Below are positions 47,850 through 60,149 of a DNA stretch of 64,000 bases, piece after piece. The first letter of the stretch is position 1. Every line of letters begins with the position of its first letter. The stretch is from Octopus bimaculoides (lineage: Eukaryota): positions 26,565,646 to 26,629,645 of the forward strand of contig NC_068989.1 in the NCBI RefSeq assembly GCF_001194135.2, written 5' to 3'. The translations under genes and the position numbers were made by a program. The notes below the pieces were generated by a model. The model saw only the letters and a program-made list of their open reading frames with translations, did not search any database and was not told where the DNA came from.

Positions 47850-50800
47850 CTACCCCACTTCTTCACTACCCCTCTTCCTCCCTGATATGCTCCCCCACTC
47901 TAACCAAAACCCCGTCCCTCCAACCCTCCACGCACATACCCCCNNNNNNNNNNNNNNNNNNNNNNNNNNNNNNNNNNNNNNNNNNNNNNNNNNNNNNNNN
48001 NNNNNNNNNNNNNNNNNNNNNNNNNNNNNNNNNNNNNNNNNNNNNNNNNNNNNNNNNNNNNNNNNNNNNNNNNNNNNNNNNNNNNNNNNNNNNNNNNNNN
48101 NNNNNNNNNNNNNNNNNNNNNNNNNNNNNNNNNNNNNNNNNNNNNNNNNNNNNNNNNNNNNNNNNNNNNNNNNNNNNNNNNNNNNNNNNNNNNNNNNNNN
48201 NNNNNNNNNNNNNNNNNNNNNNNNNNNNNNNNNNNNNNNNNNNNNNNNNNNNNNNNNNNNNNNNNNNNNNNNNNNNNNNNNNNNNNNNNNNNNNNNNNNN
48301 NNNNNNNNNNNNNNNNNNNNNNNNNNNNNNNNNNNNNNNNNNNNNNNNNNNNNNNNNNNNNNNNNNNNNNNNNNNNNNNNNNNNNNNNNNNNNNNNNNNN
48401 NNNNNNNNNNNNNNNNNNNNNNNNNNNNNNNNNNNNNNNNNNNNNNNNNNNNNNNNNNNNNNNNNNNNNNNNNNNNNNNNNNNNNNNNNNNNNNNNNNNN
48501 NNNNNNNNNNNNNNNNNNNNNNNNNNNNNNNNNNNNNNNNNNNNNNNNNNNNNNNNNNNNNNNNNNNNNNNNNNNNNNNNNNNNNNNNNNNNNNNNNNNN
48601 NNNNNNNNNNNNNNNNNNNNNNNNNNNNNNNNNNNNNNNNNNNNNNNNNNNNNNNNNNNNNNNNNNNNNNNNNNNNNNNNNNNNNNNNNNNNNNNNNNNN
48701 NNNNNNNNNNNNNNNNNNNNNNNNNNNNNNNNNNNNNNNNNNNNNNNNNNNNNNNNNNNNNNNNNNNNNNNNNNNNNNNNNNNNNNNNNNNNNNNNNNNN
48801 NNNNNNNNNNNNNNNNNNNNNNNNNNNNNNNNNNNNNNNNNNNNNNNNNNNNNNNNNNNNNNNNNNNNNNNNNNNNNNNNNNNNNNNNNNNNNNNNNNNN
48901 NNNNNNNNNNNNNNNNAAATATTCTCAAGTTTCACTGGCCCCTATCCCGAACTATGCGGCCGTTATGTTGTTGACTGTATTGGTGAGACCTCATTCTCCC
49001 GCGAACATCTAGACTCCTTCCTCTCTTTTGTCAAATCTTTCCATCCTGCCCTCCACTGCTCTAACACCTCTGTCTCTTTTCTTGACATTTCGGTCAGCAT
49101 TCATCACTCCACTCTCACCCCCTCCATCCACTACAAACACACAGACTAACACTCATACCTCGACTTCTCCTCACACCCTAACACACTAAGCTTTCTATCT
49201 CCTTTTCCNNNNNNNNNNNNNNNNNNNNNNNNNNNNNNNNNNNNNNNNNNNNNNNNNNNNNNNNNNNNNNNNNNNNNNNNNNNNNNNNNNNNNNNNNNNN
49301 NNNNNNNNNNNNNNNNNNNNNNNNNNNNNNNNNNNNNNNNNNNNNNNNNNNNNNNNNNNNNNNNNNNNNNNNNNNNNNNNNNNNNNNNNNNNNNNNNNNN
49401 NNNNNNNNNNNNNNNNNNNNNNNNNNNNNNNNNNNNNNNNNNNNNNNNNNNNNNNNNNNNNNNNNNNNNNNNNNNNNNNNNNNNNNNNNNNNNNNNNNNN
49501 NNNNNNNNNNNNNNNNNNNNNNNNNNNNNNNNNNNNNNNNNNNNNNNNNNNNNNNNNNNNNNNNNNNNNNNNNNNNNNNNNNNNNNNNNNNNNNNNNNNN
49601 NNNNNNNNNNNNNNNNNNNNNNNNNNNNNNNNNNNNNNNNNNNNNNNNNNNNNNNNNNNNNNNNNNNNNNNNNNNNNNNNNNNNNNNNNNNNNNNNNNNN
49701 NNNNNNNNNNNNNNNNNNNNNNNNNNNNNNNNNNNNNNNNNNNNNNNNNNNNNNNNNNNNNNNNNNNNNNNNNNNNNNNNNNNNNNNNNNNNNNNNNNNN
49801 NNNNNNNNNNNNNNNNNNNNNNNNNNNNNNNNNNNNNNNNNNNNNNNNNNNNNNNNNNNNNNNNNNNNNNNNNNNNNNNNNNNNNNNNNNNNNNNNNNNN
49901 NNNNNNNNNNNNNNNNNNNNNNNNNNNNNNNNNNNNNNNNNNNNNNNNNNNNNNNNNNNNNNNNNNNNNNNNNNNNNNNNNNNNNNNNNNNNNNNNNNNN
50001 NNNNNNNNNNNNNNNNNNNNNNNNNNNNNNNNNNNNNNNNNNNNNNCACTCTACTGGTCACTCTTTGAAACCCCTGTCTGTGTTCGGATTGTCCTTGCAC
50101 AGGGGTTATCTAGTCTCCCGTTTTCACCGTCACAAGGGATTATTCTTCTCTCTTTGCTCCTTTGCGCCACACGGACTCAAACCTCCTCCCCTCTCCTCTC
50201 TCTCACACCTACCTCCTCCCACCCACCTCTCCTCCCATGCTCCGACTCCTACTTCTCTTCACTTCTACTCTCCTTCTCTCTTCTCTTCACTCCTACCCAC
50301 CTTCTCTTTCCCCCCACTCCCTTCAACATCAGCCCTCCTTCGTAACCTCACCCCTACACAATCGAACCCCATCTGCCCTATCCATTCCAGCCCACTCCCA
50401 CCTCAACCCTTACACATACTCCCACATACCCCACCCTCATCCTAACCCACACCCCATCGTTGCTTTCTCCAACATCGCCTCCCACACATACCAACATCAC
50501 CACACCACACCACACTCCACCACACCATACACCACCATACCACACAGCACTACATCACATCACACTACAACGCACACACTAGCACTCACACCATCATCCA
50601 CACACACATATACACACGAACACGTCAAGGTCACCAGCCCTCTACCGCAGGCACATACATTGTCTCTCATACACACACACGCGCACCTTTGTTTTGGGAT
50701 GACCACTACTTATTTATCTCCTCTTCTTCCTAGCTCTCCTGTGTGACCCCTCTGTTAGGCATGTACCATAATAGATCGCTAGCGACTACACATTCATTTT

Positions 50801-50930
50801 CTCTCCTTATTTCTTGCTGTGCTCCTTTCTGTGGAAGAGCGTAGGCTCGAAACGTTAAAGATTTTTTCACTTCTCGGGCGTTAAACTATTACATCTGTTT
50901 GTTATGTACATTACCTGTCTTCGTTTTTTG
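47850..50930 (+). mobile_element. Gapped PLE (Neptune-like): RT, GIY-YIG C-terminus, pyrimidine/CA-rich tract and terminal pLTR
   Basis: RYVVDCIG..FLSFVKSFHPALH..VSFLDISVSI..SIHYKHTD*HSYLDFSS at 48920-49200; HS.GHSLKPLSVFGL..FSLCSFAPHGL at 50047-50185; hammerhead at 50825. Confidence 0.8.
50825..50860 (+). ncRNA. Minimal type-I hammerhead motif with variant core (CUGUGGA)
   Basis: CUUU CUGUGGA A GAGC-GUAG-GCUC GAAA CGU U AAAG: stem I CUUU/AAAG, stem II GAGC/GCUC, palindromic ACGU stem III, GUU triplet; A6 is replaced by U. Confidence 0.6.
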
Positions 50931-50949
50931 TATTTTTTTGTGTGAATTG

Positions 50950-51022
<73 letters not shown>

Positions 51023-51420
51023 TTTCTATTATATTAAAATATCGTATGTCCAACTTTGGCCAAATGCGTTTGTTTCAATAATTATTTTAGCTTGCAATAG
51101 CCGGTTGATTTGTCCAGACTAACGTATCTCCAGCTGCTTCAGAGGCAATGATATCAATAATTTAGGACAATGGTTTTGCTATGGAATAATGAATCTATAT
51201 TTTTGCTTTCTGAAAAAGCAACGCGTTGGACTTACGACATAATAACAACGATATATATTTCTATATGTACACTTTTTACATACATTCTTACTATTTTTCC
51301 TATTTATATCGGTATTTGTTCCAAAATTTGGCACAAGACCGGTTATTTTTGGGTGGTCTTGCAGTTATTCGCCCTGGCGAAATTTTGAATATGTACCCTA
51401 ATATTATTATATGTTCTAAA

Positions 51421-51630
51421 GCGTCGAGCAGGCAGAATTGTTAGCATGTCGGGCAAAATTCCTTGCGACCTTTCGTCATTATGTTGTGAGTTCAAGTTCC
51501 ACCGAGGTCGACTTCGCCTTTCATGCTCTCGGTGTCGATACAAATAAATACCATCTGAATTCTGACGTCCATGTATTCGACTTATCACCTCCACCGAAAT
51601 TAGTAGCATTGTACCAAGGTTTGAAAACCC
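51421..51630 (+). mobile_element. tRNA-derived SINE family 4 with Nin/Deu-like central block
   Basis: ggcagaattgttagc (A-box-like), gagttcaagttcc (B-box), then aggtcgacttcgcctttcatgctctcggtgtcgata..taaatacc. Confidence 0.7.
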
Positions 51631-51859
51631 ATATCAATATGTCTTCGAAGTCTATCAGCAATGAAATTTCGCTGCAACGTTGATTGATTAGAATTTGTTT
51701 ACATAGGTCTAAATAGTTTTAAACAACTATGCTTATTTATTCAAACATTAATGGTTAGCTAAATATATGTCACCTACGTAGAAGAGAAAGTAAACATTTT
51801 TCCTGTCTGTCATCTGATATTGATACACATTGATACTTCGCAAGAAGTTATTCTACAAC

Positions 51860-52790
51860 CTTGCACCATACGGAGGCATATAACTACATATACATCGCAG
51901 GTCACAATGTACTCTCATTTCATTCTTGATTCCGCCATTGTTTTCCATCTTGGCCCAATAAATTATCTTCCCAACGTCGTGGAGGCCTTTCGAATGCCGT
52001 TTTCAAAACTCTTCAATATCACTTGGGATCTGCATGGTTGCATCTGTTGCCGCTAGACCTATAGACATGACCGGCTCAGCAGAAATGCGCTTTGGTATTT
52101 TACGATCACCTCTGTTCTCATATGCAATATGCTCTCGCAATGATATTCCCTTCAATGATCATTTCATGACCCTTTGCGTCGTGGACAATCGATGTTCTTC
52201 ACTCTTCGTAGTTACCCACGTCTCTCTCGAGACAATGCTATTGAAGATTCTTTCAAGTTGGTCCCGTTGAAGAGTCCTTCAAGTAGTGTCCAGTCGTGGC
52301 TAATTGACGTTCTTCACTCTTCGTAGTTATCGATGTCTCTCTCTAGGACAGTACTATTTAAGAATCTCTCAAGTATAGTCCCGTCCAGATTTGCTTTCGG
52401 CATATACTTGATTGAGGTAAAGGCTTTTCTTACAAACTACCTTTCCAAGATTTCAGCATCCATGACTCGGCGCAAAATCACAGTGTGCCCTAACTCCGCG
52501 TAATCCTTTACCTCCTCAATTTCGTCCTTGTGCATTGTATTCGAACCACTTTTGATTTGTTCTCAGGCTGTTCAGATCTACACCTACTGCTGAGTTCTAC
52601 TAGCATGGTCTGCAGCTCAACTTTATTTTCAGCGACGAGCTCGAAAACGTAATTGAATTGAAGGTGTATTAGTAGATCGCAGTTGAGGATCGTGCTACCA
52701 GTCCAATCAATGCTATCGAAGACGATGAAATGAAAGAATTCTAACAAGGACTGTATGAAGCAGTAGCTCAGTAATTCATTACACCATAGT
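51860..52790 (-). mobile_element. Decayed RTE-clade LINE C-terminus with internal tandem duplication
   Basis: EIEEVKDYAELG..KAFTSIK..FLNSTVL; ETWVTTKSEEHRLSTTQRVMK*SLKGISLREHI; AGHV..RPPRRWED, all matching RTE post-RT motifs. Confidence 0.8.
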
Positions 52791-53044
52791 GTGAATGTAA
52801 GGTATTTATGTATGTATATGTATATATGCATGCATGTGCATGCATATCTTCATATATACGCCTGTGTATAAGTGTGCTTAGGCATCGATATGTATATACC
52901 TATATATATATATATATNNNNNNNNNNNNNNNNNNNNNNNNNNNNNNNNNNNNNNNNNNNNNNNNNNNNNNNNNNNNNNNNNNNNNNNNNNNNNNNNNNN
53001 NNNNNNNNNNNNNNNNNNNNNNNNNNNNNNNNNNNNNNNNNNNN

Positions 53045-53931
53045 TCCACTCACATTATATGAAACCTATATCTTCAAAGTATGTTATCCATAAGAATTCG
53101 GCTCTATCACACAGTGTGAAAATCAATATATTAATAGCCGATTTAGTTAGAATAATGAAAAACATATTCCCCCTGCACAGTCTATGGGAGAGGCAAAGGC
53201 ATATACAAGACTTCATACATCGCATGCAGTTTTCGGGATACAGCCAGAACGATAGAATCCGAGTATACAGAGGAGCTAGCAAGAAATTTGAGGAGATTGT
53301 TGTCAAAGATACAGATGGAACACAACCTAGATACCGTGATAAACAGTGGAATAGACTACAAAGAATTAGTGACAAAACAAACAGAAAGAACATGTGGTAC
53401 AATACCGACAAGTTCCAGGGAGTAATGTTTATAGACGCCACACCACACGGAGAACTATCCCGCAGATTTCGAAAAATCCTCAAAAGTACTAAGTTGAGGA
53501 TAAATGTTATAGAAAAACCAGGGAGATCCATTAGATCAATAATATGTAAAACATATCCCTTCAGAAGGACAAAGCGTGTAGAAGAGAATTGCATTGTGTG
53601 CAAATGTAGTCCTGGTATCAACTGCAAAGCCAGAAATGTGGTCTAGAAAATAAGCTGTATGGATGGTGATTGTAAAAACAGAAACACGACATACATAGGT
53701 GAAACGGCAAGAAGTTTGGCTGAGCGTGTAAATGAACATTGGAGGGACAATAATAATGAAAAACAAACCCCGGTGCTCTACCAGCATGCCAAAGAACAAC
53801 ACGGTGGTGTACTGGACCGAATTAGCATAGAAATCCTGTCTAGACACCCCGGTAACCCATCGTTGCAACAAATACAGGAGTCGGTCCCCATAACTGAAAC
53901 GCGACCAATTTTGAACACCAAGTACACGTAG
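53045..53931 (+). mobile_element. PLE RT C-terminus + linker + GIY-YIG endonuclease; one frame broken by a single TAG
   Basis: ORFs 53059-53646 and 53659-53931 are in the same frame: RMQFSGY..VMFIDATPHGEL..EKPGRSI..CIVC..CKARNVV*KISC..YIGETARSLAERVNEH..LYQHAKEQHGG..QIQESV.I. Confidence 0.9.
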
Positions 53932-54285
53932 ATGAGGGCCTTACAATTGCCCATGGTTGCATGTGTTGTTCACACATATGATGCAGAATGTGAACGTAAA
54001 TAAATAAATTAACATATATATATATATATATATATATTTATTTATAACAGAAAGGAAACCAAAACCAAGTCCAAAGTCTCTGATCTGATATAAACGAATT
54101 CGTTACAAACACACATATGGACGCACATACTTACATATAAGCACGAACACATAAGTGTGTACACACATATGAGCGTGCACACATACGTGTTTGCACACAC
54201 TCACATGCTCATACCGAACAGTTTCAAAACAACGCCAAAACAACGCCAAATCATACATTCAAAATAAATGGAAGTGGAGAGGCAA

Positions 54286-54326
54286 GTTACTGAAGAGATT
54301 GCAAGAGTGCAATGAAATTATTTAAC
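54286..54326 (+). ncRNA. Minimal type-I hammerhead motif
   Basis: GUUA CUGAAGA G AUUGCA-AGAG-UGCAAU GAAA UUAU U UAAC: stem I GUUA/UAAC, canonical core, 6-bp stem II, weak stem III, AUU triplet. Confidence 0.6.
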
Positions 54327-54518
54327 AAAAACACTATATACGGTTTATAAATTAATAAAGGACTGAACCAGTGCGTGTGTTTATTACCANNNNNNNNNNN
54401 NNNNNNNNNNNNNNNNNNNNNNNNNNNNNNNNNNNNNNNNNNNNNNNNNNNNNNNNNNNNNNNNNNNNNNNNNNNNNNNNNNNNNNNNNNNNNNNNNNNN
54501 NNNNNNNNNNNNNNNNNN

Positions 54519-54569
<51 letters not shown>

Positions 54570-55679
54570 GTATACACACACATATCTATTTATACAATAT
54601 CATTTCTTATCATAAGATGTCACTTATACAGATTCTGTAAATATTCTTCTTCTGTCCCAAATGTGCCTTAGGCAAAGCATAACATATTTTGTAGGAAAAA
54701 CGGTTATGGATTACATATTTTACGCGCGCGCATACACACAAACACATACAGACACAGACACAAACAAACATGTACATATATACATAGGCAAGTACCAATG
54801 TACCCAGGTAGAAGACTCTATAAATGTTAAGCGACTTCTTTTAACAATGAAACTATTGGTTGACTTGTTAACCCACAAATAAAGAATATTATTTCACCAA
54901 TCTGGTGCCGAGGACTCATTCTCACTGTTCCGTATTAGGTTGAAAATATATATATATAGATGAGGTGTGTGTGTGTATGTGTGTGTGTGTGTGTGTGTGC
55001 ATGTGTCCGTACGTCTGTGTGTGCGGGCGTGTGTGCACATGTTTGAGTATGTGAGTGTTTCGGTGGATATGTGGGTATATGCGAGTGTGTATAAATGTAC
55101 ATATATATATATGTGTGTGGTGTATGTATGCGTGTGTGTGAATCTGTGTCTGTGTGTCTGTGCGTTTTATCATTTAATGTACACAGTATAAATATACGAG
55201 TTTCTACTAATTTCTTACAGTGAAGACGTGTTTCGGTAGGGTTTTATAGCGTGTCCTGTCTACAAGCAATCTCCGGGCTATGCGCACATGTTCTGTTCTT
55301 TCAAAAATCAGGTCGTTACTACACAAGGAATCATGAGAAAAGACAAGATGGTTGGTACAAGACGTGAAAGAATGAATAAAAACCGCACATATAACATAAA
55401 AAGTAATGTAGTTACGGATCTAACTCTAATTTTCCTACTTTTCTTTTTCCTTGAGAGCACAGGCCATAATTAAACTAAGTGTTTTACAATAATTCAAACG
55501 ATAAGGGTCTAAAATCTCTGGAGAGAGTGGTATTATCTAGTTCGCCAAAAGAAATTTGTCCATATGATTGCATTTGCTAAAACTTTCGAATCGGGAATTA
55601 AGTTGTGTGATACAAAATATTCTGCCAGTTTACACACTGTTGTGGATTTATACTATATAACTTATCTTTCTTTCATCGT

Positions 55680-55840
55680 TTACTTCTTTCATTCATTAGA
55701 CTGTGGCCATACTGGGACACCACCTTGAAGAATTTTCCGCCAAATGAGTCGATCCCAGTACTTATTTTTTCTTCAGCCTGATATTTATTCTATCGGTGTT
55801 TTAGCCGAACCGCTTCAGGTACGGTACGTAATCACACCAA
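55680..55840 (-). mobile_element. SINE family 1, 3' half
   Basis: gactgtggccatactgggacaccaccttgaag..gtcgatcccagtacttatt..tattctatcggt..gccgaaccgct. Confidence 0.8.
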
Positions 55841-58564
55841 CTCTTCCACTTTTTGCATCAACCATTTCATTTTCTGTTGTGATTGTTCGTGTACTTGCGA
55901 ACTGATTTTCGAATAGAACAGAACATATGCTCATAGCGTGAGGATTGCTTGGAACACAAGGTCTGTTATAAATGCATATCTTTATACTGTGTACATTAAG
56001 TGATATTTGTCTCTTACCGAATTGAGTATATTTTTGTTGATCTTACCTAATGAAACAGTAAACGATATGTGTAAGTATGTATGTATGTATGTATGTATGA
56101 TTTTCTCTTGGATAATTCTAGCCATCGTGGTTTCCGTCGTATTAATGCTTCTGGCGCAAAGAGTTTGTGTGATATCGATTAAAACAATTGTCGCTGTAGC
56201 ATCAGTAATCGTTGTGGCGTAAACCGCATAATTTTCATCTTTTGATGGGTGCATATGAAGTGGTGAAAATAATGAAAACTGAAATATGAAAGGAGATCTA
56301 ATTTTGCAATATGCACAGTGATGCGGTTCTTAAATTAATAGAGAATAATATTGATAGTGCTGATATATTTCGTACATTCAAAATTGCGGAGAATTCATGT
56401 GGGCGTATTTTACTGAATCGAATCAAAATCAATGAGTGCAATCTTTTTCATCAACGATCATATTGAAAATTAACACTTCGATTGTCATTAATTGAACTGT
56501 ATTGTATGATATAATAAAACAAAGGAGAAAAATTGAAAATACATTGCAATTAATTTGTGAATCGCTAGAGCGTTCTCAGATTAATATTACTAAACCTAGA
56601 GGAACGAATGATACGTATAAAACAGAAAGTTAATAACTTACCGGCATTTTATTATTCTGTGCCAAATGCAGAAATTTGTACAAGAAAACAAACAATATCA
56701 TTGTTATGAAATGATGTCTGTAGGATGTACCATACAGAAGAATATGTGATTTAAATTGTTTGTTCTTGTTTTTTCTTGCTTGTTGACGTTGCATTATCAT
56801 ATAGATTGTGTGTTTCAACTTTAGGTAATATTGATTCAGCTATCTTATGGTGGGATGCACTTAAGCTACGAATATACAGTTTAATATTATAAAAAGGATG
56901 TGGACTGACTGGAAGGACATTGACTGGTATTTTTACCAGGCGAAATGACCAAGTAAAAATCACACAATAGATTGATAACTTTGTTTTCTTATGTAAGGTG
57001 GTGGAACATAATGTATACATAATAACGTGTGCATGTTAAAGAAGTCGATCATAGGGTGAAATAAATTAGAAACTATATACCGCACGCACATGTTTGATGA
57101 AAGCATTGTACTTTCCATGTTTCAGAAGAGTACAACATATATATGCCTGTACATAAGTATGTGTATACATGTGATTGTGTCGGAGGGGTGGGGTTCTGTG
57201 TGTGTTTGTCTGTTTATGTGTGTGTGTTCGTATGTTGCGTGTTTATATATTTATGTATGTGTCTCCTGAGTGTGATTTTAAGTGCATCTTGTAATTTCGG
57301 GTCTCCTTCGAAGGTTCCACGATATTGAGGAGTATAGCACTATCTCTCTGCCCTTATTGCCCCAGATCTACTTTGAACCGGAGTAGTAGCACCTGTCAGG
57401 ATTCCAGTTATAGGTTAACAAGCATATGTGACGACAATCCACCTGAGCGTAGTGACGTAGAAATACACTTGGTTGTTGTCAGTGTGTGCAGCAAAACCAT
57501 CGGTAGTGAGGTACTCCTAGCTGTTATATCAGCATCCTTCAAGGAGAAGGGCACTGACGTAAAATCTGCAATTTTACATGGTTACTGGTCATTTCGCTTC
57601 AGCTCGTCACAAGTTAATAATCATGGAGACTCAGAGAAATGCATACATCCATATAACTTTCGATGTTTTAAGGAATCAGATAAGGATATGTGGGAAAGGT
57701 GATGTCATGTTCGCTTTCCAATCATTTAATGTTGTATTTACCATGCAAGGATCTTTGAAGGAACAAATGTAACGTATTGTAGAGGTAGGAGAATGATTAA
57801 ATTCCGGGTATTCTATGCATCGCTAAGATATAAGAGTTTACATAAATACCATGCAAAAGAGGCAATATCTAAATCTCTCTCGAAAATATTATATAACAGA
57901 ATATCTGATTTCCTGACTACGAACGTAATTAAATAAATGTTCTTAATCGTTATATATACGAGATGCTTACAATCAGAATGAAAGCCTTTTTAACTGAAGC
58001 AATTATGTTTGAATTTGTCTATACAGTGAATAAACCGGAATATATTTAAGAATTATATTTTTCTAAAGAAAGATAAATTTATGAAAAATTGTATCTTACA
58101 AACTATTAACCTATGAAGTATATTTGGCAAAAGATTTATATCTTTTTGTAATTTAATTAAACGTTTAAAGTAGGAAATCAGAAGGTTATATCTACACATT
58201 TAAATTCGGAATAATCTTTCTGTTAAATTCTAATGAGATGAGAGTTTCTGCCAGACGTCAGGTCAATAGGAAATATATCTATAAAAGTTTAATATTTGTG
58301 ACATTTTCATGTTTTATTACAATCTGTCCATCTCTCTCTTTGTCTCTTCATTACGAAAACAGAGAACCTCAGAAGCACACACACATACACACATACGCAG
58401 ACACGCAGACAGATATATATGTGTATGTATGCGTGTGTGTGTATATATATATATATATATTTATATATCTTTCCTCAATTAAACGTATGTATATATATAT
58501 ATATATATATCCTCATTTAAATGTAGATGGTCTTGGTGTGGTGGTCTAAAATTAAGTAGAGTAT

Positions 58565-58960
58565 AGGGGAGAAATTCCAGCCATATGTTAACGGATCTAA
58601 GAAATTCAACTTATGCATAGCAGAAAGAACTCATATTTTTCTTCGATCTATCAATTACAACACACTGCTTAATTCCAGATCGGAAACGTTTATGGATAGC
58701 TTTTTTTGTTTTCTTATCAAATTGGTGGGCACCACACACTCCGGACTGAATTGCTCTCTTGCAGACTTTGACATATTCTCTAATTTTGTTCTGTACCAGG
58801 TATATTTTATGTAATTTTTACAACCAGGGAGAACGTAGATCTTAGTTTTCTTGATTTCGTTGCTTTTCTTCCGTCCATATTTTACACTAACATTCTTCAC
58901 GTTTATTCCACATTTTTCCTTATTTTCTTACTGTCCAGCGTCCTTGTATTTTAAAATATA
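58565..58960 (-). repeat. Unclassified dispersed repeat, copy 2 (paralog of 2945-3300)
   Basis: Same shared blocks as 2945-3300; both copies translate to K.K..VLP.C...IKY.WY and VSDLEL.SVL. Confidence 0.75.
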
Positions 58961-60042
58961 CGGAAAGCGTTAACAGAGCCTGAGAGATTGGCTTAAGAAA
59001 CATGGCGTATTGTATAAACACGAATTTTCAAGTACAATTAAAGCATGAAACTTTTAGTAGGTCTTTTGCTTTCGTTTTAATATTTATATATATANNNNNN
59101 NNNNNNNNNNNNNNNNNNNNNNNNNNNNNNNNNNNNNNNNNNNNNNNNNNNNNNNNNNNNNNNNNNNNNNNNNNNNNNNNNNNNNNNNNNNNNNNNNNNN
59201 NNNNNNNNNNNNNNNNNNNNNNNNNNNNNNNNNNNNNNNNNNNNNNNNNNNNNNNNNNNNNNNNNNNNNNNNNNNNNNNNNNNNNNNNNNNNNNNNNNNN
59301 NNNNNNNNNNNNNNNNNNNNNNNNNNNNNNNNNNNNNNNNNNNNNNNNNNNNNNNNNNNNNNNNNNNNNNNNNNNNNNNNNNNNNNNNNNNNNNNNNNNN
59401 NNNNNNNNNNNNNNNNNNNNNNNNNNNNNNNNNNNNNNNNNNNNNNNNNNNNNNNNNNNNNNNNNNNNNNNNNNNNNNNNNNNNNNNNNNNNNNNNNNNN
59501 NNNNNNNNNNNNNNNNNNNNNNNNNNNNNNNNNNNNNNNNNNNNNNNNNNNNNNNNNNNNNNNNNNNNNNNNNNNNNNNNNNNNNNNNNNNNNNNNNNNN
59601 NNNNNNNNNNNNNNNNNNNNNNNNNNNNNNNNNNNNNNNNNNNNNNNNNNNNNNNNNNNNNNNNNNNNNNNNNNNNNNNNNNNNNNNNNNNNNNNNNNNN
59701 NNNNNNNNNNNNNNNNNNNNNNNNNNNNNNNNNNNNNNNNNNNNNNNNNNNNNNNNNNNNNNNNNNNNNNNNNNNNNNNNNNNNNNNNNNNNNNNNNNNN
59801 NNNNNNNNNNNNNNNNNNNNNNNNNNNNNNNNNNNNNNNNNNNNNNNNNNNNNNNNNNNNNNNNNNNNNNNNNNNNNNNNNNNNNNNNNNNNNNNNNNNN
59901 NNNNNNNNNNNNNNNNNNNNNNNNNNNNNNNNNNNNNNNNNNNNNNNNNNNNNNNNNNNNNNNNNNNNNNNNNNNNNNNNNNNNNNNNNNNNNNNNNNNN
60001 NNNNNNNNNNNNNNNNNNNNNNNNNNNNNNNNNNNNNNNNNN

Positions 60043-60086
<44 letters not shown>

Positions 60087-60149
60087 AACAAAATAGCTAG
60101 GTGTACAATTTCAAGCAGAGATCAGAATAGTAACTATACTAACAAGTAA

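Noticed and set aside
53644-53646. Possible selenocysteine recoding in the PLE ORF (known for some Naiad PLEs)
   Set aside because: The stop is TAG at a Tyr position, not TGA at Cys, and the hairpin after the ORF is too short for a SECIS.
56007-56222. Hydrophobic ORF resembling a transmembrane segment
   Set aside because: It starts within a (TATG)n tract, has no recognisable family motif and no convincing splice context.
57325-57702. 125-aa ORF in a GC-richer patch, and similarly 45988-46368
   Set aside because: No domain is recognisable in any frame; cannot be supported without a homology search.
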